IMG/VR virus record: IMGVR_UViG_3300012347_000137
Coordinates: 1 to 39,278 of that record
DNA: 39,278 nucleotides
Source: a virus
Lineage: Duplodnaviria; Caudoviricetes
Reading direction: 5' to 3' (one strand)
The translations under genes and the position numbers were made by a program. The stretch's first letter is position 1. Each line of letters opens with the position of its first letter. The notes beneath the pieces are model-generated. The model was not told the DNA's origin. It saw only the letters and a program-made list of their open reading frames with translations, and did no database searches. Below are positions 25,737 through 33,742 of this stretch, piece by piece.

Positions 25737-25753
25737 GGGAGGGCATCTTATGA
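25445..25753 (+). CDS. Cys-rich hypothetical protein (frame B, overlapping)
   Basis: ATG start, CNELGLCQSRECFDC N-terminus, stop ATGA-coupled to the next gene. Confidence 0.45.
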   Translation: MRSCNELGLCQSRECFDCLPGLRIIEDTAKQWGLPLHMRALLRPAGAQCAPGQAPSIRHAGRDCEISGKPFAGRRVGVRAPTPDETPLSSEEVLIGMREGIL

Positions 25754-26202
25754 AAGCCATGCTCATCAAGACCGACGCCGGGTTGCGCGGCTCGACATCC
25801 GCCGACCATGAGGCATGGGCCAAGTTCAAGCGCCGCCTTGAAACCATGAAGCCCGGCACTTGGCTGCGCATGGAGTGGGCCAAACCACGAAATGGCCAAC
25901 ACCACCGCAAGCTCTTTGCCTTGCTCACGCTGGTGGCCGAAAACTCAGAGACCTATGACACCACGGCCAAGGCTTTGGTGGCCATCAAGTTGGTGACTGG
26001 CCATTGCGAGCCATTCATCGACCCAAAGACGGGTGAGTTGACCCAGTTGCCCAAGTCAATCGCCTATGACGCGATGGACCAAGACGAGTTTGACGAGTTC
26101 TATTCCGCCGCCATTGACGGTGTGTTGCGCTACATCCTGCCGCACATCGACCAAGTGCAGGCCGACCGCCTCATTGAAATGATTATTCAGGGGTGGGCAT
26201 GA
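25750..26202 (+). CDS. DUF1367-family protein
   Basis: 150 aa. PRNGQHHRKLFALL and PKSIAYDAMDQDEFDEFY motifs. Confidence 0.8.
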   Translation: MKAMLIKTDAGLRGSTSADHEAWAKFKRRLETMKPGTWLRMEWAKPRNGQHHRKLFALLTLVAENSETYDTTAKALVAIKLVTGHCEPFIDPKTGELTQLPKSIAYDAMDQDEFDEFYSAAIDGVLRYILPHIDQVQADRLIEMIIQGWA

Positions 26203-26504
26203 AGGGAAGAACACCGAACAAAGCCGAAAAGCAATTTCACAACGCCATCGCTGCGCTGGGCTGCATTGCCTGCCGCGCTGACGGCATATTCACTGAGCTG
26301 GTAAGCATCCACCACATTGATGGCCGGACCAAGCCAGACGCGCACATGAAGGTGCTGCCGCTTTGCGCTGGCCACCACCAAGACAACACGGGAGCGCCGG
26401 GCCTCATTGCCGTGCACCCGTGGAAAAAGCGATTCGAGAACCGCTATGGCACCCAGCTTGAGCTTTTGGCCAAGTGCATGGAGCTGGTCGAGGTGGAGCA
26501 ATGA
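26199..26504 (+). CDS. Ref-like HNH nuclease
   Basis: 101 aa from ATG 26199. GCIAC, IHHIDG, LPLCAGHH, FENRYGTQLELL. Confidence 0.8.
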   Translation: MKGRTPNKAEKQFHNAIAALGCIACRADGIFTELVSIHHIDGRTKPDAHMKVLPLCAGHHQDNTGAPGLIAVHPWKKRFENRYGTQLELLAKCMELVEVEQ

Positions 26505-26734
26505 GGGAAATGCTCGACATGGAAGATTTCCCAATGGGCACCCGCGTGACCACCCCAAGTGGCCGCACTGGCGTTGTGACCAAACACCGTGGTGCTGAAA
26601 GCAAGTTGGACCACTTTCAACGCGTGACCGTGCTTTTGGACGGCAAGCGCAAAAACGATTACGTCACCTTACAGCCGCACCTACTTACCAAAAATCCGCC
26701 CGAAGACAAGGGCGAACCAAGAATTGAAGCATGA
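26501..26734 (+). CDS. Small SH3/KOW-like hypothetical protein
   Basis: 77 aa, coupled at both ends. FPMGTRVTTPSGRTGVV. Confidence 0.6.
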   Translation: MREMLDMEDFPMGTRVTTPSGRTGVVTKHRGAESKLDHFQRVTVLLDGKRKNDYVTLQPHLLTKNPPEDKGEPRIEA

Positions 26735-27084
26735 ACGTCACTTTGCCATTCCCCCCCAAAGAGTTGAACCCAAACAACAAGTCGCACTGGGCAGTGCTCG
26801 CACGCGTCAAGAAGAAGTACCGCGAATTGTGCTGGGTGCTGGCGCTGAAATCGGGCCTGACCCCGGAAGCCATCGAAGGATGGCAGGGCGCAAGCGTGCA
26901 CCTTGACTTTTATGCCCCGGACCGCCGCCGCCGCGACGACGACAACATGCTCGCCGCCATGAAGTCCGGGATTGATGGCTTGGCCGACGCGCTGGGGATG
27001 GACGACAACAAATTCAAGGTGACTTTCGACGTGTCAGACGACATCGGCGGCATGGTCAAAGTCACCGTCACAAAGAGGGACTGA
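26731..27084 (+). CDS. rusA: RusA-like Holliday junction resolvase
   Basis: LPFPP..LNPN and PDRRRRDDDNMLAAMKSGIDGLAD motifs. Confidence 0.88.
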   Translation: MNVTLPFPPKELNPNNKSHWAVLARVKKKYRELCWVLALKSGLTPEAIEGWQGASVHLDFYAPDRRRRDDDNMLAAMKSGIDGLADALGMDDNKFKVTFDVSDDIGGMVKVTVTKRD

Positions 27085-27088
27085 GAAC

Positions 27089-27286
27089 ATGGACAACAAC
27101 TTTAAGTCGGGAAACAACCGGGTGCCAATGGCACGCCCAACCAACACCGACATTTTTTCTGGCACCTACGATGGCAAGGAAATGCGCCCCTACGATGGCC
27201 GACCCGGTGCCAACGACGCGCTCGCGCTGCCAAGCCGCATTGGCAACACCTTGCACTACCGCGATGGCCGTGAGGTGGAAGCATGA
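27089..27286 (+). CDS. Conserved small phage protein
   Basis: 65 aa, RPGANDALALPSRIG motif, in the operon. Confidence 0.65.
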   Translation: MDNNFKSGNNRVPMARPTNTDIFSGTYDGKEMRPYDGRPGANDALALPSRIGNTLHYRDGREVEA

Positions 27287-27489
27287 ACAAGCTGCCACGA
27301 CTGCCACGACGCGGCAACGTGCTCGAAGCCAAGTACACCGCCGAGCAAATGCACGAATACGCCCGCAAGGCGTTGCATGAGGCCCAAGCGCCAAAACCAA
27401 ACCCAATGCAGGGCTACAAGGAACGCTGCCAACATGGTGTGCGCTGGGAAAACTTCTGCCCTGTCTGCGATGTCCGGGGGGCCGCATGA
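27283..27489 (+). CDS. Small Zn-finger-like hypothetical protein
   Basis: 68 aa, CQHG...CPVC, ATGA-coupled both sides. Confidence 0.65.
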   Translation: MNKLPRLPRRGNVLEAKYTAEQMHEYARKALHEAQAPKPNPMQGYKERCQHGVRWENFCPVCDVRGAA

Positions 27490-27896
27490 AGAAGCGCCAA
27501 CGCCCGGTCAAGCTGCACCCATTCATCAAGCAGGCCATTCGCGCCAAGTGGCGGTCCGAAACCGTCAAGGCCGACATTCACACGTTCATTGGTGAAGACA
27601 AAGACAAGCTCATGGCCTACGCCTCAGTGCTATTTTTCGTCGCTGGTGGCTGCGCCATGTGGCTCAACTGGACGGGTGACGAGCCAGACTTTCGAATCCT
27701 GCGCGGCTCAGTGAATGCACTGGACGACATGAAGCAGCGCAACGGCATCACCCAAGACGACCGTGGTTCACTTCACGCGGGAATGCTTGCCGCCTCACGC
27801 ATCCTTGAAATCACGCCAGAAGAAGTGGTCAACGACGCCGCGCTCATGTACGCCGAGCACAGCCGTGGCTACGAAGTGATGGCCAAACGACTATGA
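27486..27896 (+). CDS. Hypothetical protein
   Basis: 136 aa, ATGA-coupled both sides, immediately before terS. Confidence 0.7.
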   Translation: MKKRQRPVKLHPFIKQAIRAKWRSETVKADIHTFIGEDKDKLMAYASVLFFVAGGCAMWLNWTGDEPDFRILRGSVNALDDMKQRNGITQDDRGSLHAGMLAASRILEITPEEVVNDAALMYAEHSRGYEVMAKRL

Positions 27897-28417
27897 CCAA
27901 GCTCAAAGCAAGACAACAAGCCTTCGTGGACGAGTATCTGGTGGACCTCAACGCCACCCAAGCGGCTATTCGTGCCGGGTATTCGCCCAAGACTGCCGGG
28001 CAAATGGGTGACGAGAACCTTAAAAAACCACAAATCAAGGCTGCAATCGACGCGGCAATGGCCAAACGGGCAGAGCGCACGGAAATCGACCAAGACTATG
28101 TGCTCAAGACCATCAAAGACACCATTGAGCGCTGCGCCCAAGCCGTGCCCGTTACTGACGCTAAAGGCTTGCCCGTGTACGTCAAAACACCAGACGGGGA
28201 AATCAGCCCTGCCTACCGCTTTGACGCTCAATCTGTGCTCAAGGGTGCCGAGTTGCTGGGTAAGCACTTGGGCATCTTCATTGAGAAACGTGAGCTGACG
28301 GGCAAGGACGGCAAGGACTTGATGCCAGAAGCACCCAAGGGCGTGCTCATCGTGCCGGGCGTGATGAATGAAGCCGACTGGGAGAAGATGATGGCCAAGC
28401 GCAAGGGCAGCGCGTGA
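27893..28417 (+). CDS. terS: Terminase small subunit
   Basis: FVDEYLVDLNATQAAIRAGYS signature and ELLGKHLG. Confidence 0.95.
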   Translation: MTKLKARQQAFVDEYLVDLNATQAAIRAGYSPKTAGQMGDENLKKPQIKAAIDAAMAKRAERTEIDQDYVLKTIKDTIERCAQAVPVTDAKGLPVYVKTPDGEISPAYRFDAQSVLKGAELLGKHLGIFIEKRELTGKDGKDLMPEAPKGVLIVPGVMNEADWEKMMAKRKGSA

Positions 28418-29802
28418 GCACTGTGACCGAATGGAAGCCGCTGCCCGGCGCTCAATTCCAGTTTCTCACCTGCCCAGTGTATGAGGCATTGATGCACGGC
28501 ACCCGTGGTGGCGGGAAGACTGACACGCTCTTGATGTCATTCGCCCAGCATTGCGGCAAAGGCTTTGGCCAACACTGGCGTGGTGTGCTCTTTCGCTTGA
28601 CCTACCCACAACTGGCCGACGTGGTGGCCAAGTCGCGCCGCTGGTTCTCGCAGTTTTTCCCGGAAGCCAAGTTCAACAAGGCCGACTATTACTGGGAGTG
28701 GCCAACGGGCGAAATGCTGTTCTTTCGGTATGGCGCGAGCGAAGACGACTATTGGAATTACCACGGCCACGAATACCCGTGGCTTGGGTTTGAGGAATTG
28801 ACCAACTGGCGTGACCTGAGCTTCTACGAGGCGATGCAATCGACCTGCCGTTCAAGTTATCCGGGAATGCCGCGCATGGTCCGTGGCACCTGCAACCCAT
28901 TTGGCAAAGGCCACGGCTCAGTCAAAGAGCGCTTTCAGCTTGGCAGCGATGGCGTGGCATCGGGCACGGTGCTGCGCTTGGAGGGTGAGAAACCCCGCGT
29001 GGCTATCCGCTCGACCATCTACGAGAACAAAGTTCTCCTAGCCAATGACCCCGATTACTTGGCCACGCTCGAAGCGCTCAAAGACCCCAACCGCCGCAAG
29101 GCATGGCTTGAGGGTGATTGGGACATCCATGTGGGCAGCTTCTTGGAAGGTGTGTGGGACGCCAAGCGCCATATCGTCGAGCCTTTCCCCATTCCATCGA
29201 CGTGGAAGGTGTGGAAAGCAATGGACTGGGGTTATGCCCGGCCATATTGCGTGTTGTGGTTTGCGCTCGACCCGGACGGTGTGCACTACATCTGGCGCGA
29301 GTTGTACGGCATTGGTGAGAAGCCCAACGAGGGCAGCCGCGAAGACGCCGCCAAGGTGGCCCGAAAGGTCAAGAACATCGAGGAACGTGACGAGCGCTTG
29401 GGCTATGAGTACCGCTTGAACCTTGCCGACCCGGCCATCTTCTCCAAGATTGGCGCTGACCGCTCGATTGGCCAGATATTCCGTGAGGGTGGCGTGAAGT
29501 GGCAAGAGGCATGGAACGCCAAAGGCTCACGCGTGAACGGTGCGCAAGAGGTGATTCGCTTGTTGGCCGAAGACAAGCTCAAGGTTTTCTCAACCTGCAA
29601 GCACTGGCTGCGCACCATCCCCAGCATTCCCCCAAGTGACGATAACCCGGAAGACGTTGACACCGACGCCGAAGACCACGCATGGGACACAACACGCTAT
29701 GGCGTGATGCGCCGACGCCGCAACCCGGACGAACAAATATCCGCCACTAGCGACGATTCGACTTACAAACATGAAGACGGCACCTATCAACTGGAAGTGT
29801 GA
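28414..29802 (+). CDS. terL: Terminase large subunit
   Basis: Walker A GTRGGGKT, Walker B FEE, TCNP coupling motif, nuclease MDWG, ADPA and EDHAWDTTRY. Confidence 0.95.
   Translation: MSTVTEWKPLPGAQFQFLTCPVYEALMHGTRGGGKTDTLLMSFAQHCGKGFGQHWRGVLFRLTYPQLADVVAKSRRWFSQFFPEAKFNKADYYWEWPTGEMLFFRYGASEDDYWNYHGHEYPWLGFEELTNWRDLSFYEAMQSTCRSSYPGMPRMVRGTCNPFGKGHGSVKERFQLGSDGVASGTVLRLEGEKPRVAIRSTIYENKVLLANDPDYLATLEALKDPNRRKAWLEGDWDIHVGSFLEGVWDAKRHIVEPFPIPSTWKVWKAMDWGYARPYCVLWFALDPDGVHYIWRELYGIGEKPNEGSREDAAKVARKVKNIEERDERLGYEYRLNLADPAIFSKIGADRSIGQIFREGGVKWQEAWNAKGSRVNGAQEVIRLLAEDKLKVFSTCKHWLRTIPSIPPSDDNPEDVDTDAEDHAWDTTRYGVMRRRRNPDEQISATSDDSTYKHEDGTYQLEV
29735..29769 (+). promoter_or_regulatory. Putative late promoter (portal): AAATATCCGCC-N18-TACAAA
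   Basis: Second copy of the motif, inside the terL 3' end just upstream of the portal start. Confidence 0.5.
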
Positions 29803-31739
29803 CTATGAACAACGACAAGAATCAAAACCCCACCGAAGGCAATGCCGACGGCTACCGCGAAACACCAGCCGTTGACGAGCTGGCCAAGAAGTGGAACCAA
29901 CGAATCAGCAATGCACGTTCGCATTGGGACAATTTCCACAAGCGCGTGCGCCACAACCGCAAGACCGTGGCGGGCTTCGACTGGAATGCAGACCCCAAGA
30001 GCAAAGACTTTTATAAGCACCGCGCCAACCTGATTCACGGAACCATCACCGCCGTGATGCCAAGCATTTATGCACGCAACCCGGAAATCAGCGCTGCACC
30101 GCTCTACAAGTCCGACAACCTCAAGCTCTTTTGCCAGACCATCCAAACGGTGACAAACCGTTGCTTGGAGCGTGCAAAGCTCAAGAAGCGAGCCAAAGCC
30201 ACGGTGCGCTCTGCGCTGACATCGAGCTTTGGAATCATCAAGGTGATGTACCAACGGGACTTGAAGAAAGACCCGCACATTGAATCGCGCATCAATGACA
30301 CGCAAGACAACATCGCCACCATCGAGCGTTTGCTTGCTGACATCCAAGACCCGGACCAGCGCAGTGAGCAAGAAGTCAAACGCGCCGAGCTGCAACAGCT
30401 CTTGGCCTCACTAGAGCAAAACGTCGAAGTCGTTGCCGCCGAAGGCTTGGTGATTGACCGCGTGCTGACTGACAACTTGCTGATTGACCCCAGCGTGTGT
30501 GAGTTTGCCGACTACCCCGAAGCGGGCTGGCTTGCGCAAATCATTCCCATGAAGAAGTCCGAAGCCGAGGGCATCTACAAGCTCAAACTGGACAAAGCCA
30601 AGGCGTACCAGTCCAACGAGCAAATGGCCAAGAACGACAAGCGCATTGCCAGCGGTACCACTGCACTGGAAGAAGACAAGCAAATCGCCATCATTGAGAT
30701 TTGGGACAAGACCACCAACCGCGTTTTCACAATGGCCGAAGGCTGCGACTACTGGTTGCGCGAGCCGTTTTCCCCCGCCAAGATTGGTGAACGCTGGTAC
30801 CCATTCTTTTTGCTGCCATACCAAGAAGTCGATGGCCAGTTTGTCGCACCCAGCTTGGTTGACCTCACCGAGAAGCTGCAAGAAGAACACAACAACACCC
30901 GCGACAAGTTCAATGACCACCGCGACTTGATGAAGCCGGGTTGGGTTGCTAGTGGCGACATCAACGAGAAGTCCATCAAGCGCTACAAAGACAGCGAGTT
31001 GGGCGAAATCACGCTGATTGACACCGAAGGCAAGCCGCTGGCTTCGATGATTCAACCCAAGCAGCATCCACCCATTGACCCCGTGGTGTACGACACCAGC
31101 GCCGTGCGCTATGACTGGGAGCAAGTCACCGGGTTGCAGGATGCCGCACGCTCTAGCGTGGTCAAACCCAAGACCGCGACAGAGGCCAGCATCATGCAGC
31201 AAAGCCTATCTGGCCGCGTGTCCGAATTCCGTGACCAAGTGGAAGACTGGCTGCAAGAGGTTTCCCAATACGCCGCGCAAATTCTCTTGATGGAAATGAC
31301 GCCCCCGCAAGTCGAGCGCATCATGGGACCAGCCAAGAAGTCCATGCAAGACATGGGTGGAATGCAAATGGAGGTGGAAGAAAAGACCTTCGACTGGCCG
31401 CAGCTCTCACGCGAACAAGTGTTCGACATGATTGAAATGCAAATCCGTGCAGGCACCACGGGCGCACCCGATAAGCTCGAACAGCAGGACAACTGGACCA
31501 AGATTCTGCCGCTCATTGACGGCCTGATTGGAAAAATCATGGCCGCTCAAGCGCAGGGCGCAGACACCCAGCCGCTCATTAACTTGTTGAGCGAAAGCCT
31601 CAAGCGATTTGACGAGCGTTTGGAAGTCGAGCAATTCATCCCCAAGCCACCACAACCCCAAATGCCAGCAATGCCCGGCATGGCCCCCGGCATGGGTGGC
31701 GCTATGCCTGAGCCAACACCACAGACCGCAACCGTTTAA
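29799..31739 (+). CDS. Portal protein
   Basis: 646 aa after terL. YPF, KTATEA motif, Pro/Met/Gly-rich tail typical of podovirus portals. Confidence 0.85.
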   Translation: MTMNNDKNQNPTEGNADGYRETPAVDELAKKWNQRISNARSHWDNFHKRVRHNRKTVAGFDWNADPKSKDFYKHRANLIHGTITAVMPSIYARNPEISAAPLYKSDNLKLFCQTIQTVTNRCLERAKLKKRAKATVRSALTSSFGIIKVMYQRDLKKDPHIESRINDTQDNIATIERLLADIQDPDQRSEQEVKRAELQQLLASLEQNVEVVAAEGLVIDRVLTDNLLIDPSVCEFADYPEAGWLAQIIPMKKSEAEGIYKLKLDKAKAYQSNEQMAKNDKRIASGTTALEEDKQIAIIEIWDKTTNRVFTMAEGCDYWLREPFSPAKIGERWYPFFLLPYQEVDGQFVAPSLVDLTEKLQEEHNNTRDKFNDHRDLMKPGWVASGDINEKSIKRYKDSELGEITLIDTEGKPLASMIQPKQHPPIDPVVYDTSAVRYDWEQVTGLQDAARSSVVKPKTATEASIMQQSLSGRVSEFRDQVEDWLQEVSQYAAQILLMEMTPPQVERIMGPAKKSMQDMGGMQMEVEEKTFDWPQLSREQVFDMIEMQIRAGTTGAPDKLEQQDNWTKILPLIDGLIGKIMAAQAQGADTQPLINLLSESLKRFDERLEVEQFIPKPPQPQMPAMPGMAPGMGGAMPEPTPQTATV

Positions 31740-31771
31740 GTTTCACAACCACCACAAAAGGAAATCTCACT

Positions 31772-32635
31772 ATGCCAATTTGGAAGCAACGCATGTTCTC
31801 GCGCCTAATGAAACCAGCCGATGGCGAAGGCAACGACCTTGGCGGTGGCTCTGCCACTGAGGAAGTCGTAACCGACGAAGCGGGCGCAGAGAGCACGGAC
31901 GAACCAAGTGCAACCGAAGAAGCCGCCGACGCCATTACCGACGATGGCACGCAGGACTTGCCAACCGACAAGCCGCAGTCATCCAAAATGATGGCCATGC
32001 TTGATGAGATTTCAAGCGACAAGCCTGCCGCTGGCGACGTGAAGCCCGCAGCTCCAAAGCCAGAAGACGAGGTAAAGCCTGCCGCCAACGTGGACGAGCA
32101 GCGCACACCAGAGCAAGAAGAAGCCGAATTGCTCGAAGGCGTGAAGTCAGAGCGCGGCAAAGACCGCATCCGCCAAGTGTTTGCCAAGAGCAAGCAGCTC
32201 GAACAGGACATGACCGAGTTCAAGCAGTTGGTGACATCCACAGGCATGAGCCCACAAGACTTTGCGCAGACCTTGGAGTTTGGCCGCTTGGTCAACTCAG
32301 GCGATGAGAAAGACATCCGCGTTGCGCTCGAAATGATTGAGGGCCAGCGTGCCGCGTTGTATCAAAAGCTAGGCGTGGAAGCGCCCGGAATCGACTTGCT
32401 CGAAGGTCAAGACGACCTCAAGGCAGCCGTGGACAACATGGAAATCACCCGCGACAAAGCCGTGGAGCTGGCCAAGTTTCGCAAGAGCGAAGCAGCCAAG
32501 GCGCAGCAGCAACAGCAGGTGCAAGCCAGCACTGAGCGCCAGCAGCAGTTTCAACAAACCGTGCAGAGCGCAGCGGGCGCGATGGAGGCGTATCTCAGCA
32601 CACGCGCCAATGAGGTGGACACCCAGCACGCATGA
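31772..32635 (+). CDS. Scaffolding protein, N-terminal part
   Basis: Acidic disordered N-terminus and Gln-rich coiled coil, between portal and capsid. Appears to continue in the -1 frame. Confidence 0.65.
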   Translation: MPIWKQRMFSRLMKPADGEGNDLGGGSATEEVVTDEAGAESTDEPSATEEAADAITDDGTQDLPTDKPQSSKMMAMLDEISSDKPAAGDVKPAAPKPEDEVKPAANVDEQRTPEQEEAELLEGVKSERGKDRIRQVFAKSKQLEQDMTEFKQLVTSTGMSPQDFAQTLEFGRLVNSGDEKDIRVALEMIEGQRAALYQKLGVEAPGIDLLEGQDDLKAAVDNMEITRDKAVELAKFRKSEAAKAQQQQQVQASTERQQQFQQTVQSAAGAMEAYLSTRANEVDTQHA

Positions 32636-32877
32636 AGGTGATTACTTCGCACTTTCAGAACCCGGCCAACCTGCAAGCATTCATCACGACTTACCAACCC
32701 AACCAATGGGCTGCGACCATCAAGATGATGTATGACGGCATCGTGGTGCCACCAACGCAGCAGGCAAACCAGCCGCAGCCGATTCGCTCGCGTCCATCGC
32801 AACTGGGTGCACCAGCCGCTCAAGGTGCAACGCCTGCCGACCGTTTGGCGCAGCGCCTCGACAACATGGGAATTTGA
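32632..32877 (+). CDS. Scaffolding protein, C-terminal part (frame-disrupted or split)
   Basis: 81 aa ending QPIRSRP...ADRLAQRLDNMGI, resembling a scaffold C-terminal helix. Confidence 0.55.
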   Translation: MKVITSHFQNPANLQAFITTYQPNQWAATIKMMYDGIVVPPTQQANQPQPIRSRPSQLGAPAAQGATPADRLAQRLDNMGI

Positions 32878-32879
32878 GA

Positions 32880-33044
32880 ATGATTAGGTTAATCCATTCA
32901 TGGTGGATTCGCCGCAAGCTCATTAAAGCAGTGAGCTTGATTCAACGCGCCGGGTTGCATGTTGTGCGGCTTAAAGAAGTCGCTGGCACTGAGTACCTAG
33001 TCAAAGAAAACGGCACCATGCTCAAGCTGGTGCCACGCAAATAG
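32880..33044 (+). CDS. 54-aa cationic peptide
   Basis: MIRLIHSWWIRRKLIKAVSLIQRAGLHVVRLKEVAGTEYLVKENGTMLKLVPRK. Fills the gap between flanking genes. Not in the ORF track. Confidence 0.6.
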   Translation: MIRLIHSWWIRRKLIKAVSLIQRAGLHVVRLKEVAGTEYLVKENGTMLKLVPRK

Positions 33045-33066
33045 CCAACTTTCAGGAGAAAACAAC

Positions 33067-33441
33067 ATGGCATTGACCGACTTAAAAATCACCAAGGCAG
33101 AAGCCAAGAAGGAATCCAAGGCATACGCCACGCTTGGACCATCCGAAGGCGAGCGCTATTCATACGGCACGCGTTTGTCGCTTGACGATGCAGAGCTGAA
33201 AAAGCTAGGTATCACTGAGCTGCCAGCCGTGGGCACCGTGCTTATGTTCGAAGCCAAAGCCAAGGTGATTAGCTCGCGCCAGTCAGCAAGCGAAAGCAGC
33301 GACAGCCGAAGCATTGAGCTGCAAATCACGCACATGGATTTGGAGCTTGACGAAGCCGACGAAGAAGTGAGCGAAGGCGAGCTGACCCGTGGCCAAGCTG
33401 GCGCAATGAGCAAGGTTGCAAAAAAGATGCAATCAATGTGA
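33067..33441 (+). CDS. Putative capsid cement/decoration protein
   Basis: 124 aa, YSYGTRLSLDDAELKKLG motif, strong RBS AGGAG, just before the capsid gene. Confidence 0.5.
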   Translation: MALTDLKITKAEAKKESKAYATLGPSEGERYSYGTRLSLDDAELKKLGITELPAVGTVLMFEAKAKVISSRQSASESSDSRSIELQITHMDLELDEADEEVSEGELTRGQAGAMSKVAKKMQSM

Positions 33442-33443
33442 AG

Positions 33444-33478
33444 AAATATCCGCCGGGCTATTGACTGGCGAATATATT
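33444..33478 (+). promoter_or_regulatory. Putative late promoter (capsid): AAATATCCGCC-N18-TATATT
   Basis: Third copy of the motif, intergenic. Confidence 0.65.
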
Positions 33479-33495
33479 TCTTTCACCAAGTCCTG

Positions 33496-33740
33496 CATTG
33501 TTGTGCCGACTAAGTTGAAAAGAGCGTAAGCGGGAATCGCCATCCGCGCCAACCTAGCCAGCACTTCAATGCGGAACATGCCTCAATACCGCTGTCACCG
33601 CTGGGGTCGCGTCCAGTAGCGCAAAGCGTCAAGGCCAAAGCTGTACCCGAAGTCGCGCCGGGAGCCGAGAAGCTAAATCGACGGGTTTGCGTCCCATCAC
33701 GGCATGAAAGGTGTTTTCTCAACTTTCATTCGGAGCAGTG
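33496..33740 (+). ncRNA. Structured 5' leader of the capsid mRNA
   Basis: Long-range basal stem enclosing four related bulged hairpins and covering the GGAG RBS. Confidence 0.6.
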
Positions 33741-33742
33741 AC

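Noticed and set aside
33704-33742. Upstream capsid start given by the ORF track
   Set aside because: ATG 33743 has a well-spaced GGAG. ATG 33704 has no SD and lies within the structured leader.
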